From: Macrostomum lignano
Taxonomy: Eukaryota
NCBI GenBank assembly: GCA_002269645.1
Contig: NIVC01001730.1
Span: 180,924 to 244,923 of the forward strand
Direction of reading: 5' to 3'
DNA: 64,000 bases
The position numbers were made by a program, and so were the translations under genes. The notes under the pieces were generated by a model, which was not told where the DNA came from, did not search any database, and worked only from the letters and a program-made list of their open reading frames with translations. Position 1 is the first letter of the stretch. Each line of letters opens with the position of its first letter. This document shows positions 1-14,253 of this stretch, in pieces.

Positions 1-2091
1 AAAAAGTGTTAAACGTTTACACAATTATTGAGTTTAGTTGAGCTCTTACTGGAATGAAATTTTTACAGCTCTATTGAAATTGAGTTGTATACGGGAACTT
101 GTTCAAATGAACTCATCATTAAATGGATTCTGGAATTGTAACTTGCTGAACACATTAATTATTTTTTCTGATCAGCTTCTCTATCATAAGAAGCGCTGCT
201 CCAACAGCACAGCGCTGTTGTGCGTTATTTTTTATTGTCCGCGATCGTCACGACTAATGCGTCTCACAGCTTACAATCCCATTCTGTGCATGCCGCTTTT
301 ACACTGTCTTTGTACCTAATCAAGCAGTGTTATCTGGCTAATAACTTGTGTGTGCAAATAATCTCTTACCCTCCTTCATTGATTCTGAACTTTTATACGG
401 ATTTATTAACTAGCTGTTTATTCACGATTAATAACTATGTACATCATAATAAGCAATTATGTTATCAATGATTTCCTGTGTCAGATAACTGTGAATTTAA
501 ATAGAACATGCAAAATAATGTGTGTGCAACAAATAATTTTCCATCGAGATGTGTTAACTGTTTCACTTTTGGTTATTTTATTGATTAGCAGGTGAAAGAT
601 GGAGGTAAAGCGAGGTGGGCATAACTTCCAGTAATTACGGTTCAATTACGATTCAAAGTTTTTAATAAAATACCTTATTAAGGCTTACGATGACAAACTA
701 TAGGGCACACTTAATCTGAGAAGCAAACTTATCTTTTAGTCGTTTTAATTGGGACAATTGAGATAATTATAATTGAGATAATTATAATTGAGATAATTGT
801 CCATCCTGTCCATCCTGCGCTATAAGTTCTGAAAAGCCTCATAACTAAGATTAGACTACAGATAAAGATAAGGCCGCAATTACATTTATTGCACCTCTGA
901 AGATAGATAAGTAAAAAAATGCTTGATTGAAGTAGCTAATCAGCCTCGATCAGGTCTTATGAACTTTGCTAGCAGAAAATCTGCTAGTGGCGATTGTGCT
1001 CATGCTCACCGAAATTAGGCATATTTTGCTTAATAACATATAGCTCAAATAGATCACCTGTAGATGAAAGGGTGAAAGTGCAACACTCTCGGTCCCCAGG
1101 CATGCACGAAACAAAAACTGGAACTCTAGCCTGGAAATTTGTGACTTCTTGGAAATCCGGATCCCCTTACAAACAGGTAGATCGAGCACAGGTAGAGCTC
1201 GTAGATTGGTGGAGGGGGTCATGAGACGAGACGACCATTTAAATTTTATTAATCTTAGTTTGTACATTTTTGAAGCAATAGTGAGGTGGAAGGGAGGTGG
1301 GAAGTTGGGAACACGACATTAAAAGCTACGAGTAATATCTGTGGACGCTCTCGAGAAGTAATGCATAATTTTTTATGATTGAGGAACTCCAGAAACTAAT
1401 TTCTCTAGTTAAAGAGCAGCACTTTTATTCAAAATGAGACGGAGGCCGATTGTCTAAACTGAAAAGTTGGGCAGTAGCGCATAAGTGAAGCCAAGATTCA
1501 GTGATAAAGAAAGAATGTTTGCTTGCAAGTTGCAATTAGCAGTTTTTCCAAATCCAATCTGAAATTATTTTATTGACCTGTGTCTGTCTATTTTCGTGTT
1601 AATTTGCAATTATTGTCTTGCCAAAGGCAAAGCTAGTAACAAACGCGTGATTTTAAGGAGCGGGCGTAAATAGACTGTTTAAACTTATAAGGAGTATTAT
1701 ATACTTTTATAATTAAAGTATATATATAATGGGCTCCCGAAGAAAGGACAGAACAGAACCACATAGGAAAATTCCTATTGAGTCTTGGTAAAGTTTACGA
1801 CACTTCTCGTTTGGGACTCGATCCGCGAAATAAAAAGGGGGCAGGGGGCCTATTTCGTCTCCCCTCACTCAAGTCACCCACCCCCCGGCGCTCCGGGGGT
1901 CTAATCGATAAACTGGCCTCAACCCTAGCTTTTGGTTGGCTGTAGCCCACACCCACCCCCTCCCTAAACTGGTCTGCTCACTACATTGGCCTGTAAGAAA
2001 TCAACTGGGACCCCGAGGGAGCCACTACTATTATAACCTTGCAGTTTTCAACCTACCTTTTCTCTTCAGTGTGTAAGGACATGATTCCATC

Positions 2092-5000
2092 ATGAAGAAA
2101 ATTGCTATTGTTGTTCTTGGTAAGCTTTAATTTTTTATTAATTCGCATTGTGCATGCGCATCAAACACCACTGTTAATCACACTACAAGAAATTACAATT
2201 CTGACCACTAGTGTAGATAGTTATGGTCTCGAGACTTCAATCAAGCATTAAACAGCCCACACACACACTGCACACACAAATTCAATACGATTACAACACA
2301 CACACGATCTTGTGTTTCAATTTTCATGCGCTAAACTTTTCGTCTTTACTTTTTACCAATCCAATTGCCCTGTCCTGCAAGGCAAGCTCGATTAGCCTTC
2401 GGTCGGTTCAGTATTACAATAGTATTATTATTCTATTTGAATTCTAATATAATTATATACTTACTTAGTGTGTTTGCAAGAAACACAGTGTTCGTGTCAA
2501 TTGACAATTGTGTATTCGAGACGCGGGAATTAAGACAAGATCACATTCACCTTGTCACACTTCAATTAGTCTTAGATATAAGAAGATCGATTAAACAAAA
2601 GTCCAAACCATTGACCGACTTGACTGCTCACGCACACAGCACACTAGAAGACTCAATGGCAGGCCCGATTGGCGAATTTTTTAGTTTAAAAAAATGCTAT
2701 CAAAATCACAATTTCAAGTCTTAGCAATTAAATAGTACATTTTTATAGAATATGCTTCGATTGCGGCTAATTGAATTCATGTAATATCCATCCATGTACA
2801 TGCACGCAGAGATGTCTCGATTTTGATCCAGCTTTTGACATGATTGCGCCATCGCCATAATCAGTTTTTGATCAAAGTCGTGATATAACCGATTCCAAGT
2901 ATACTTGATCTCAAAGAATCTGAGCATTCACTTTGCCGGTATTTGCCTGCCTGCGTCTAGCACGTAATCATCCAACACTGAATTGCCAGGTGCTATCGTG
3001 TCGATCGATCTTGTTACCTATGTGGCTGAGCTTGTGAACACAAATTCCCCCTGATTGAGTATCGCTATTGTTGCGTATTTTTTTACCCGAATACGGTTGG
3101 GTATGTATGGTGGGGGTTTAGCTTTAGTTGCATACCCCATCACCCTTCACACAGGTCGATATTAGATCCGCGGACCATATAAAAGCATTAGGGAGGCCCC
3201 CTTTGAGCAAGAAAATCTTCGCTACGGCTCCTGGTCTTCGGGCCTCAATTTTATATTTTGCCTTAGTTACTCCAGCAATCCGCCTCGATCAACTTTTCTG
3301 GCCTTATAAAGCAGCAGTATATCATGTACGAGTATTATTTCTGGGGTAAGAATAAACTTCATTCAACTTTCTTGTGTGCACAAGCACAACACGTTGTAGA
3401 ATTTGCTTATTAGCTGGCGAAGCATTGCATATTATAAACAAATAGATAGTTACTCCTGCCGTTTACCTGTATATCATGATTATTAGACTTTTTGAGTTTG
3501 TGTTGCATTTAACTTTCACAAACCCAAAACCCACCGCTTTCAACTGCAGCAAGCCTATTGCTGCTGGCAACAGCAGCAGCCAGGCAGCCACATCTGGAAG
3601 GATGCAGACTCAGAATTACCGAGAATTCATCTTTTGTTAATTATTCAACCAACGCCGCTATTGTTTGCAAAGTGAGGCGCTGCAGAGTCGGCAAGGAGGC
3701 CGTCCGCTGGTCAAAGGATGGAGCGCCGATCCAGTTCGGCTCGGATGGGTCTTCGATGGCGGTTGGCGAAGAAAACAGCTCGCATTTGTAAGTCTGTCAC
3801 TTTCTGTGTCTGACTTTGGGATCTGAACTCGCCCCGGGATCTGGCCTTGGGATCTGAACTCGCCCCGGGATCTTACTTTGGGATCTGAACTCGCCCGGGA
3901 TCTTACTTTGGGATCTGAACTCGCCCCAGGATCTGGCCTTGGGATCTGAACTCGCTTCGGGATCTGGCTTTGGGATCTGAACTCGCTTCGGGATCTGGCC
4001 TTGGGATCTGAACTCTCCCCGGGATCTGGCCTTGGGATCTGAACTCGCCCCGGGATCTGGCTTTGGGTTGGGATCTGAACTCGCCTCGGGATCTGGCTTT
4101 GGGTTGGGATCTGAACTCGCCTCGGGATCTGAATGGGATTTGACCTTGCCCTTGGAGATCTGAACTTTCCCCAGGATCTGAATGAGGTCTTATCTTCATT
4201 TGCCTCGGCAGTTTAGAAACAGAACTTGCCTATTTTTTATTTATGAAGTATTACTTATTAAAGGCGCCTTTCGCAGGCAATGAAATTTAAGCCTAAAGCT
4301 TGCAAATTAGTTTCCCTGATCCGTATTACAAGCTATATTTGGAATTTTACCTGTGGACCCCCTGTCTCACCCTCCGCAGCTGGAGTCCATATCTCGGGCT
4401 GAAGCAGCAAACTCGCAGCAAGAAGAGCGAGCTCATCATGTCTCTAGTAACACCTGAGCTGGCCGGCACCTACACCTGCAGCCTGTGCCAGCCCGGCCAG
4501 CCCCTCCGAGCCTGTCCCGTCCAGGCCAGCACCACCATCGCAGTGGACAGCATGTATCCCGCCACGCGGCGGCTGCTACCTGTCCATCCGCCTCTAATCA
4601 GGGAATTGTTGCGCCAGGCCAGCTCAGCTGAGATGAAGCAGAGCCCCGGCAGAGCCTACCTGTCTCGCAAAAGTGATTTCTATAACCAGCTCGGCTCTCT
4701 GAACGCTCCATCGAGGCTAAACTTCAGGCTGCTGGTCCTGAGGCCGTCCTCTGCAGCCACGCCGGCGGCACCCCCGAGTGTCCGCTGGCTGCAGGAGTCC
4801 AACGGGAGGCGCCGTCTGCAGCCGCCAATCGAGCCGGTGGGCCCGAGTTCGATTCTACAGGTGCCCTGCCAGCCAGATGATCTGGGAGTGTTCAGCATCC
4901 CCAGGGAGCTGCAGAACCGTCTGGAGTGCTACAAATCAAGTGTGCAGATTCAAGTCACCAGGGACACGATTGGGATCTACAGGTGAGTCCATTGTCCAGC

Positions 5001-8000
5001 CTCTTTAACTAATTCCTTGCATCGATAAGAATTGTATTTAGCAGTTTTCAGTAATCAGGTTGGCCTTAGCTTTAATTGTGTCATATCCTGTCCTGACTGT
5101 CCCCTGGTCCCTTGTCCTCTGGTCCTTTATCCCTTGTCCCCTTGTCCATTGTCCCCTGGTCCCTTGTCCTTTGTCTCCAGGTCCCTTGTCCCCTTGTCCC
5201 TTGTCCCCTTGTCCCCTTGTCCCTTGTCCCCTGGTCCTTTGTCCCTTGTCCCCTGATCCCATGTTTCCTGGTGTCTTGTCACGTAGCCCCTTAGTAACCT
5301 GATCCCTTGTCCTCTGATCCTGTGCTGTGGTGTTCCCAGGTTCTTGTTCTCGGTCAACGCCTGCTTGTCTAGATTGTTAAATTGCTCCTATCTTCCAGTC
5401 ACTTACTTTCGTCTAGACCAGGCGCGCAAATATCAACTACTATGAGCTGGGGTTTATAACTATGCTCTGCCCAAATCCTGCCTCGTCTTCAGCTGCAAAG
5501 TTCGGCTCAACGGCTCGCTGGCTTTTAAGACGCCGCCCTTTCGTGCCCTGTCAGTTCCCTCCGTGTTGGTCCCCTCCGCCCCGCGCGCCGTCGCCCCGTC
5601 CGCCAACGGGCCGGCAACGTCGCCTCCGCTGTCGACGAAGCCGCCTCGGCGCGTGTGGCCCCAGGAGCTGCGGATCCCGACAATCAGCTTCAGCAGCAAC
5701 ACCAGCAAGTGCGCCGGATCCAGCCTCACCCTGGTGTGCCGCATCAGGCCCAGCTTCGCCAAGATGCAAATCCGATTCCTGCCCGCTGCTGCTGACTTCG
5801 ATGCCAACGGTAACTGCTGCTGACTGAGTCTCTATCTAAGTACTTTTAGGCCAGGATCCCTTGCTATTCTCTTGTTAAGTGCCTGAGAATGTCCATCAGA
5901 TAAGGCCACGCCTTAGCAACTATGCGTCTATAGGGTTCTAATGGGATCCCGAATCTAACCCTGATCGAATCTCATCTCGGGATTCCACTTCCCATTCTGA
6001 GTCTAATCTCGGGATCCCGATTCCCATTGAGTCTAATCTCAGGATCCCGATTCCCATCCTGAGTCTAATCTCAGGATCCCGATTCTCATTCTGAGTCTAA
6101 TCTATCTCAGGATCCCGATTCCCATCCAGAGTCTAGTCTCAGGATCCCGATTCCCATTCTGAGTCTAATCTCAGGATCCCAATTCCCATCCTGAGTCTAA
6201 TCCCGGGATCCCGATTCCCTTGCTGAGTCTAATCCCGGGATCCCGATTCCCTTGCTGAGTCTAATCTCGGGATCCCGATTTTCATCTCTCAGCATATCAT
6301 TGTCTCTCATAAATTCACGCAAAGCCGTAAGTCTTAGTCAAAAAGCCCAGGCCGCAAATCCTAAGACCGTTCCGTTGAAAATCCCATTCTCAATTCTCCC
6401 CACCCTGTCAGCCACTGTCCTGGGCAGCTACTCCCTGAACAGCAGCTCGGGCCTCTGGATCGGCTCCCGCTTCGTCATCGCCTCGGGCCGCAGTCAGGAC
6501 GGCGTTCTCGAGGTGACGCTGGCCAACCTGACGGTGCTGAACTCTGGCTGGTACAGCTGCAGCGGCGAAGTGCTCGACAAGAAGTACGAGCGTTGGCCCG
6601 AGGCCAAGGGCATGCACCTGGATGTTGTGCCTCACTGCTTCCGGCAGGAGCGGGGTGAGCTGCTGCTGTCTCATGCTTTTGGTTGCTGCCAGCTGCCTTT
6701 TTGTGTTTTCGTCAGTCAGTCTTCCGTCTGTCATCGCACCCGAATCCTGAACTATTTAGGCTCGGCTACTGGCAGTGAAATTTCCAGAATTATGCAGACT
6801 TGTTGATCGTCAATAAAATTTATTTTTTGTTTTCTTTGAACTTGTTTCGCATGTCTTTCATCTTGTCTCTCCTAGAGGCAGCAATAAGCCTTGACTTCTA
6901 TTGATATTACCCTGCGCTCACCTTTTTTGCTTATCGTGGTCATTTATCGTGCCATTGCTGCTTTGCACTGACCAGGCCCTTGGTTCCACAGTTAAAACTG
7001 GAAGGAACCGAAAGACTACAAGAACAGTTGCCTTATCTGTCTCTTTGGCTGTCTTTTATTCTGTCAAACAGCTCGGTGGGAGGTACTGAGCACAGTTTTG
7101 TTGGTGAACTCAACTAGGACTCTGGTTTAGTGCTCGTGTGTGTTTTGTGTGCCTTGTTTGCTCCGCTGAAATTGGTTCAACGCGATAGTGTGCTCTTCTT
7201 ACTGAATGGGGCGGGGGTTCGCTCCACGATCTAGGGTCGCACGGCAACAAAGGTTCTAATACATAAATCTTTATTATACTTAAAGAATTGCTGAGATAAA
7301 ATGTGTGCAAGTCTTTATTGACGTACATCATAAAATCACTCCGGGTTGTTTCGATGCCAGAGAAAAATCAAGGAAACTTTGTAGTTGGTTACCGGCTATA
7401 TGGGGCGTCAGACAGATGGACAGACAGACAGACACTGACAGACAGGCAGACAGTCTCTTCTCTCTTTTCGAATATCCTGTCCTCTTCTCTCCTCGAATAT
7501 CCTGTCCTCTTCTCTATTCCATTTATCTTTCCCTCTTCAAACCCGCAGTCCAACTGCTTGCTCTTACATAAATACCTAGGCGGAAGCGCTTACTGTTAGG
7601 CCTACCCGCATTGCTTCCCGCAGGTTTCCAGCTTCACAGTATCGCCTACACGGCCATTGGGGTCGGCGCCGCACTGTTGGTGTCCCTGGTCGTCTCCACC
7701 CTGCTCTACCTGTACTACCTGCAAAAGCGCCGCTCTGCGCCCCTGGTCAAACGTCTGCGCATCGTGAACGTGGACAATGGCGAGCTGTACCAGCGCAACC
7801 GGACGGAGAATTCCGACTCTCCGCTGCTCGGCCAGAGCAGCTACTACAGGCAAGAGTCTCTGGACAGGCCCGGCTGGAGTCTGACTGTACCAGAAGTAGT
7901 CGTGGAGCAGGTGGGTCCGAGGGGTCGCCGGTTGTTCAACCGGAGAGGCGGCAGCAGCAGAGGCAGCGGGGCTTCGGAGGCCAATCGGGAAGTTCGATAC

Positions 8001-11000
8001 ATTATCCCAGCCTGCCAGGTGTTCGAGCTTGATCGGAAACGGTGAGCTATTTATCTTTTTTTGAAATCTAAATCTGGAATGAGTCTTGTGTTATTCAATT
8101 TTCAATATCTCCGATCCCCACCGCTAATTCCCCCGACTCCAATCTCAACTCCCACCGCTACTTCCCCCGACTCCAATCTCAACTCCCACCGCTAATTCCC
8201 CGACCCCAATCTCCGATCCCCACCGCTAATTCCCCCCGACTCCAATCTCAACTCCCACCGCTACTTCCCCCGACTCCAATCTCAACTCCCACCGCTAATT
8301 CCCCGACCCCAATCTCCGATCCCCACCACTAATTCCCCCGACTCCAATCTCAACTCTCATCGCTAATTCCCGACTTTAATCTCCGATCCCAACCGCTAAT
8401 TCCCCGACCCCAATCTCCGATCCCAACCGCTAATTCCCGACTTTAATCTCCGATCCCAACCGCTAATTCCCCGACCCCAATCTCCGATCCCAACCGCTAA
8501 TTCCCGACTTTAATCTCCGATCCCAACCGCTAATTCCCCGACCCCAATCTCCGATCCCAACCGCTAATTCCCCGACCCCAATCTCCGATCCCAACCGCTA
8601 ATTCCCCGACCCCAATCTCTTACTAAATTAATAATTATAATCCGTCCTGCAGTATTCATGTGGTCCGCAAGATTGGTCAGGGCGCCTTCGGCACTGTGCT
8701 CTCCGGCCAATACACCTTCTCTGGAACCAGTATACACAACGTGGCGATTAAGATGCTCAAGCGTGAGTCTACTCGAGTCTGCTGTGATGCACTGGCTAGC
8801 CTGAGTCAGTCTATAGAGCTCACGGGGTGGGAATGTGTTGGCCACCAGGACTCAACAATAACATCTCCTACCATCCCCGATTCCCGCAAAGATTTCCTGA
8901 GGCCCACAAGCCCGCCAGACAGAGCCAGCATCTGCCTGCCTGTCTGTCTGTCTGGCGCTCTGAATGCTTTTAATTGGGACAGACGCGAGACGCGGCCCTA
9001 TTATGGAGTCTGGGAGGCTTCACCTTTTTAGAGTGCTCCACCCCACCTTTACAGCCACTTCCTCAACTTCCTCAGTTCCCAGTCCACCCATCATTGAGCT
9101 GGCTAGGAGCCCGTCTGCTTTTGGGTGCAAGCTTTACCACCTCGACTGGCAGAAATCTAAAATTATGCCTGGGGATATTGTTATTATATTATTCCCAAAT
9201 TGTATTATTGGAGCTCAGCTAGCTCCAGGTCTGAACCGCACAGTCAAGGACTTGAGAAGGGCTAGATTTTTCTTGAGTAGTTTTTAGACAGTCCCTTTGT
9301 TACCAGTTTTAGGCTTTGAGCCTGTTTTTTCAAATCAAATTATTCATTATTGGGCTATAGCAGACTTAGACCTGGGAATCAACTCAACAATTTGAGCACT
9401 TTGTGTGCTTATTGCTCGTGCTCAGCTCAATTGGCCAGCTGTTTTGGTGCCTGGGAGGGAAAAAGGTGCCTGGCCCGTCCAGGGCAGTCTTTGTAGCGTC
9501 TGTGTTTGCACTCTAGCCTATTGACATTCAGCGACAAAGACTCGTAGGCAATTATTGACTCTGTAGTGAGCAATCGGTCAAGAAAAATTCACCTGCTCCC
9601 TGTCTGAGCGCACCTGTGTAGCTTGCTAATTATTCCTTCGCCCCGTGTATCAAAATCACTTTGCAGGCGACTACTCGGAAGAGGAGATGATTGCGCTGGT
9701 CAAGGAGATAGAGATCATGAAAATGATGAGGTCGAACCCGCATCCGAACATTATTAAACTGGTTGGCGTCTGCACCAAAGGAGGTGAGTGAATGGTTTGC
9801 ACGATATGGGACTACGAGACTAGGGACTCGATATGGGACAGCAAGATTAGGGACTCGATATGGGACTACGAGACTAGGGACTCGATATGGGACAGCAAGA
9901 TTAGGGACTCGATATGGGACTACGAGACTAGGGACTCGATATGGGACAGCAAGATTAGGGACTCGATATGGGACTACGAGACTAGGGACTCGATATGGGA
10001 CTACGAGACCCATTGGACTTACGAGACCCTTGGGACTCGATATGGGACTACGAGACTCTTGGGACTCGATATGGGACTACCGACTACGAGACTCTTGGGA
10101 CTCGATATGGGACTACGAGACCCTTGGGACTCGATATGGGACTACGAGACCCTTAGGACTCGATATGTGACTACGAGACTCTTGGGACTCGATATGGGAC
10201 TACGAGACTAGGGTCTTGATATGGGACTACGAGACCCTATTTACTCTGTGTGGGACTACGAGACTCTAGAACTCCATATGGGACTATGACTTCAGGGACT
10301 CGATGGGATTCTATGGGCCAAAAGACAGAGTATGAGACTGTAAGACTCTAGGGACTCAATATGGAGATCTGGAGCTCGATTGGTGGCTATAAGACTCTTA
10401 GGATGTGTTGTCCTCTGTTTGTCTCTCCCGGCTTTTCCATTGCTATCTTGAGGCTGTATTTAAGCGTATGCTTCAACCTTTAATAGTATCTGGGTTAAGG
10501 TCCGCACCAAACAATCCCACGGGGGAAGCAAATGTGAGGCGACCCCAGCGTTATCAGAAAATGGGAACACAAATTTAAACGCACTCAATCCACTTGAGTG
10601 TTGGAGTGGAACGAAAGAAAATATATAAAATGCACTGGGCTGTTTGACAGATGGGAACCATTTTAATACTTAGCCCGCCTGTGCCCCTGTGTCCGACTAA
10701 TTTAGTGAGCTCTTTGTCTGAGCAAACCAAGTCTTATAGTATATTTCCACAGTATGGGAAGCAGCTGTTTAACTTAAAAACTTCCCCAAGGCGCCGGAGG
10801 GGGAGGCAGGTTTATTCCCCTCGGCACCACGCTGGGGAGGCGTGCTTCCCAGTGCTTTTGAAATCAACAACACATGATGGGCCTCTTTTATGAGCAGAAG
10901 GAGCTGGATTGAGTACAATGCACGGGTAAAGGGCGGAAGTAACTGTGACTCCTGAGCTAGCCAAATACCCGTACTTCGTCATCTGATTAGTGACTAGCAG

Positions 11001-13573
11001 GAATAAATCAACGAGATTCCCATCCCACGTATTCGAAGTTTAACTCCTTTAAGGCCGCCCTCGACCCTCCAGTGGCTTCATGTTCCCAATTATTATGAAA
11101 ATCTTGTTGTAGGCGTATTGCACGGATTTACACGAATTACACGGAAGTTCAGGGTCTACACGTACTGAATTTGTTAATAAAACAGTCAGAATTGCGAGTA
11201 GTTATAAAGATTGATTAAAACAAATATATTTTTTATAATGAACAAACAGCCTATGCCAGTGTTGCTCAAAAACAGATAAGAGATAAAAGGAGAGAAAAGA
11301 TGCAAGAGAAAATAAGAGGCGAGATGAGACAAACCTTGAGCGTACCGGATTGCTATTGTGAAGTTTCAAAGGACCCCCCTCCTCCCAAAGACAGAGAACA
11401 TTTTTTTTAAATCCCTGATCAATGTTTCATTTTGATTATTTTCATTTCGCGTTACACAAAACATCGTAAAATCGAAAACGGGTCTAAAATAAGAGGGGCT
11501 AAGGGAGTGTCCGGCGGCAACTAAATATGGCCATTCCTAGAGGCTACGAGTTTCCTATTCCAACTTCGAGCAATTTTCGTGGAGGCGCCTCCCCGTAACC
11601 TTCCCTTCCCGTCCCTTCCTGTCTCCCTTCCCAAGCTTCCAACTTAAGTGGCAAATTGGAAGGCCAGAGAGTGCAGTTTGTTTTGATTGCCCCAAACCCG
11701 GAGACGCCGAGGAGACTCTTAAGGGCTTTTTATATGAGCGCATCTTTATTAGGCCATCGGTTGAGTGAGCTGAGCAAAAATTTCCTTCTTTTGAGAAGAG
11801 CGATATGGGGGCCTAGGTTCAAGTTCGAATTCTCTTTATTCTTAATTTCGTTGCGTTCATAAACTCGACCTGCATTATAAAAAATATCAACTTTCTCTCC
11901 TTTTTTGTTCAGCAGAGCAGGCTGAGAAGCTGTAAAAAGGCGCTATTTTCTTTAAAGATTTCTGCCATTTCTCATGCACTGCCGCTCGGGAGGTTCAATT
12001 AACGGGCAATTTAGCTGCTGCTGCTGCTGCTGCTGCTACTGTAGTTTAGTTAAAATAGTTTCGGAGAGCCTCGAAGAGGCCCTGGATGGCGTTCCCAGGG
12101 TCCAAGCAGCCGGCGCTAGTACTGCTTCAGCTGGTGAGAGAGTTAGTGCTCGATTTGCCTCGGCTCCCCTCAAGGCCCGAGCACGGGAATGGCTTTTTAC
12201 AAGCGTGGGTACGGGGAGGGTGAGAGCGAGGGCTTGTGACCCCTATTGGCACTTAGGGGACCCGCTTCCTTGGTTTTTCAGCTTCAGGAGTTAGAGGGGA
12301 GTAGCGAAGTGATTGATTGATGAAGCAGGAGCTGGGAGGCTGCGCCTGATTTTCGGACACGGCCTGACTTAGCTGAATCAGCCGACGTTGTTGATTCAAT
12401 TGTCACGTGTTGTTAACAGTGCCTTAGCTATATATGGTTTCAACGTAATGCATTAGATTGAAGTTAATATTGATTATTTAATATTGTACAGGTGCAACTT
12501 AATATCACCAACATCAAGAGATACTTTTCAAGACACCAAACCTAGGGTTCGTTTCCGTATCGATATGCGGAAGCATTAACTCAGGCTCTTTTGCAAAAAA
12601 TTTGGGCCTAAAGCAGGGGTGAGGGGCCCGCAAAGCCTCTCTATCCGGCCCTAGGGTCTTTTGAAACTTCACAATAGCAATCCGGCCGGCTCAATGCTTA
12701 TGTCTCTTCTCAGGTGGTCATATGATTTGTGGAGCTATAAATTAACTGATTAAATTTTATAATTGTGCACAGGCAGGAGTGCTTTTTTGTTTAAAAATAA
12801 AAGTGCACATATTCGGAGAACAACCCCTATCCACCGCTCTCGCGCCCGCCCTCAGGCCCAGTGCTGCTTCTGACTGAGCTGGCACTTTACGGCAATTTAA
12901 GAGACTTCCTAAAACAGCGCCCTGTCACCTCGAAGCAGGCCGACTACATGAATGTGCTGCCAGACACTCGCGAGGTCTGCTTCACGCCCTGCGTGCGGCC
13001 TGTTCAGCTGCTGCACTTCAGCCGGGACGTGGCCAGGGCGCTGCAGTTCATGGCCGACATAAAGGTGCGTGAGCTGCTCTAGGGCATTCATGATTGGTGT
13101 ACAGTTGCGCAATGTGATGCTTGAGAGGATATGGATTGGAAAGATTATGAATTGGGAAGATTATGAATTGGGAAGGTTTAGAAATAGAAACTTTTGTTTG
13201 GGAATATTGATTCTAAGCAAATTGGTTTATTAAAAACATATATACTTGTATACAATTTGACTGTTATATATGGACAGTTCGTTAATCAGCGATTGTGATG
13301 CCTGTTTTCTGCACAGATTGTCCACAGGGACATTGCCGCGAGAAACATTCTGGTGGCCAACTCCGACGAGAAAGGCAAAATTGTTGCCAAGGTATCCGAC
13401 TTCGGGCTAACAAGGAACGTCTCCGACAAGGATTATTATCGAGTCATCACCGAGGTGAGCTCAGGATTTGTTTTGCTGGATAGATAGATAGATAGACAGA
13501 CAGATAGATAGATAGATAAATAGATAGATAGATAGATAGATAGATATATAGATAGATAGATAGACAGATAGAC

Positions 13574-13620
<47 letters not shown>

Positions 13621-13621
13621 C

Positions 13622-13652
<31 letters not shown>

Positions 13653-13653
13653 C

Positions 13654-13696
<43 letters not shown>

Positions 13697-13764
13697 CAGA
13701 TAGATAAATAGACAGATAGATAGATAGATAGACAGACAGATAGATAGATAGATAGATCTTAGAC

Positions 13765-13819
<55 letters not shown>

Positions 13820-13820
13820 C

Positions 13821-13859
<39 letters not shown>

Positions 13860-13860
13860 C

Positions 13861-13955
<95 letters not shown>

Positions 13956-14011
13956 CAGATAGATAGACAGATAGATAGATAAGATAGATAGATAGATAGA
14001 TAGATAAGATG

Positions 14012-14049
<38 letters not shown>

Positions 14050-14099
14050 CAGATAGATAGACAGATAGATAGATAAGATAGATAGATAGATAGATAGAT

Positions 14100-14135
<36 letters not shown>

Positions 14136-14185
14136 CAGATAGATAGACAGATAGATAGATAAGATAGATAGATAGATAGATAGAT

Positions 14186-14253
<68 letters not shown>
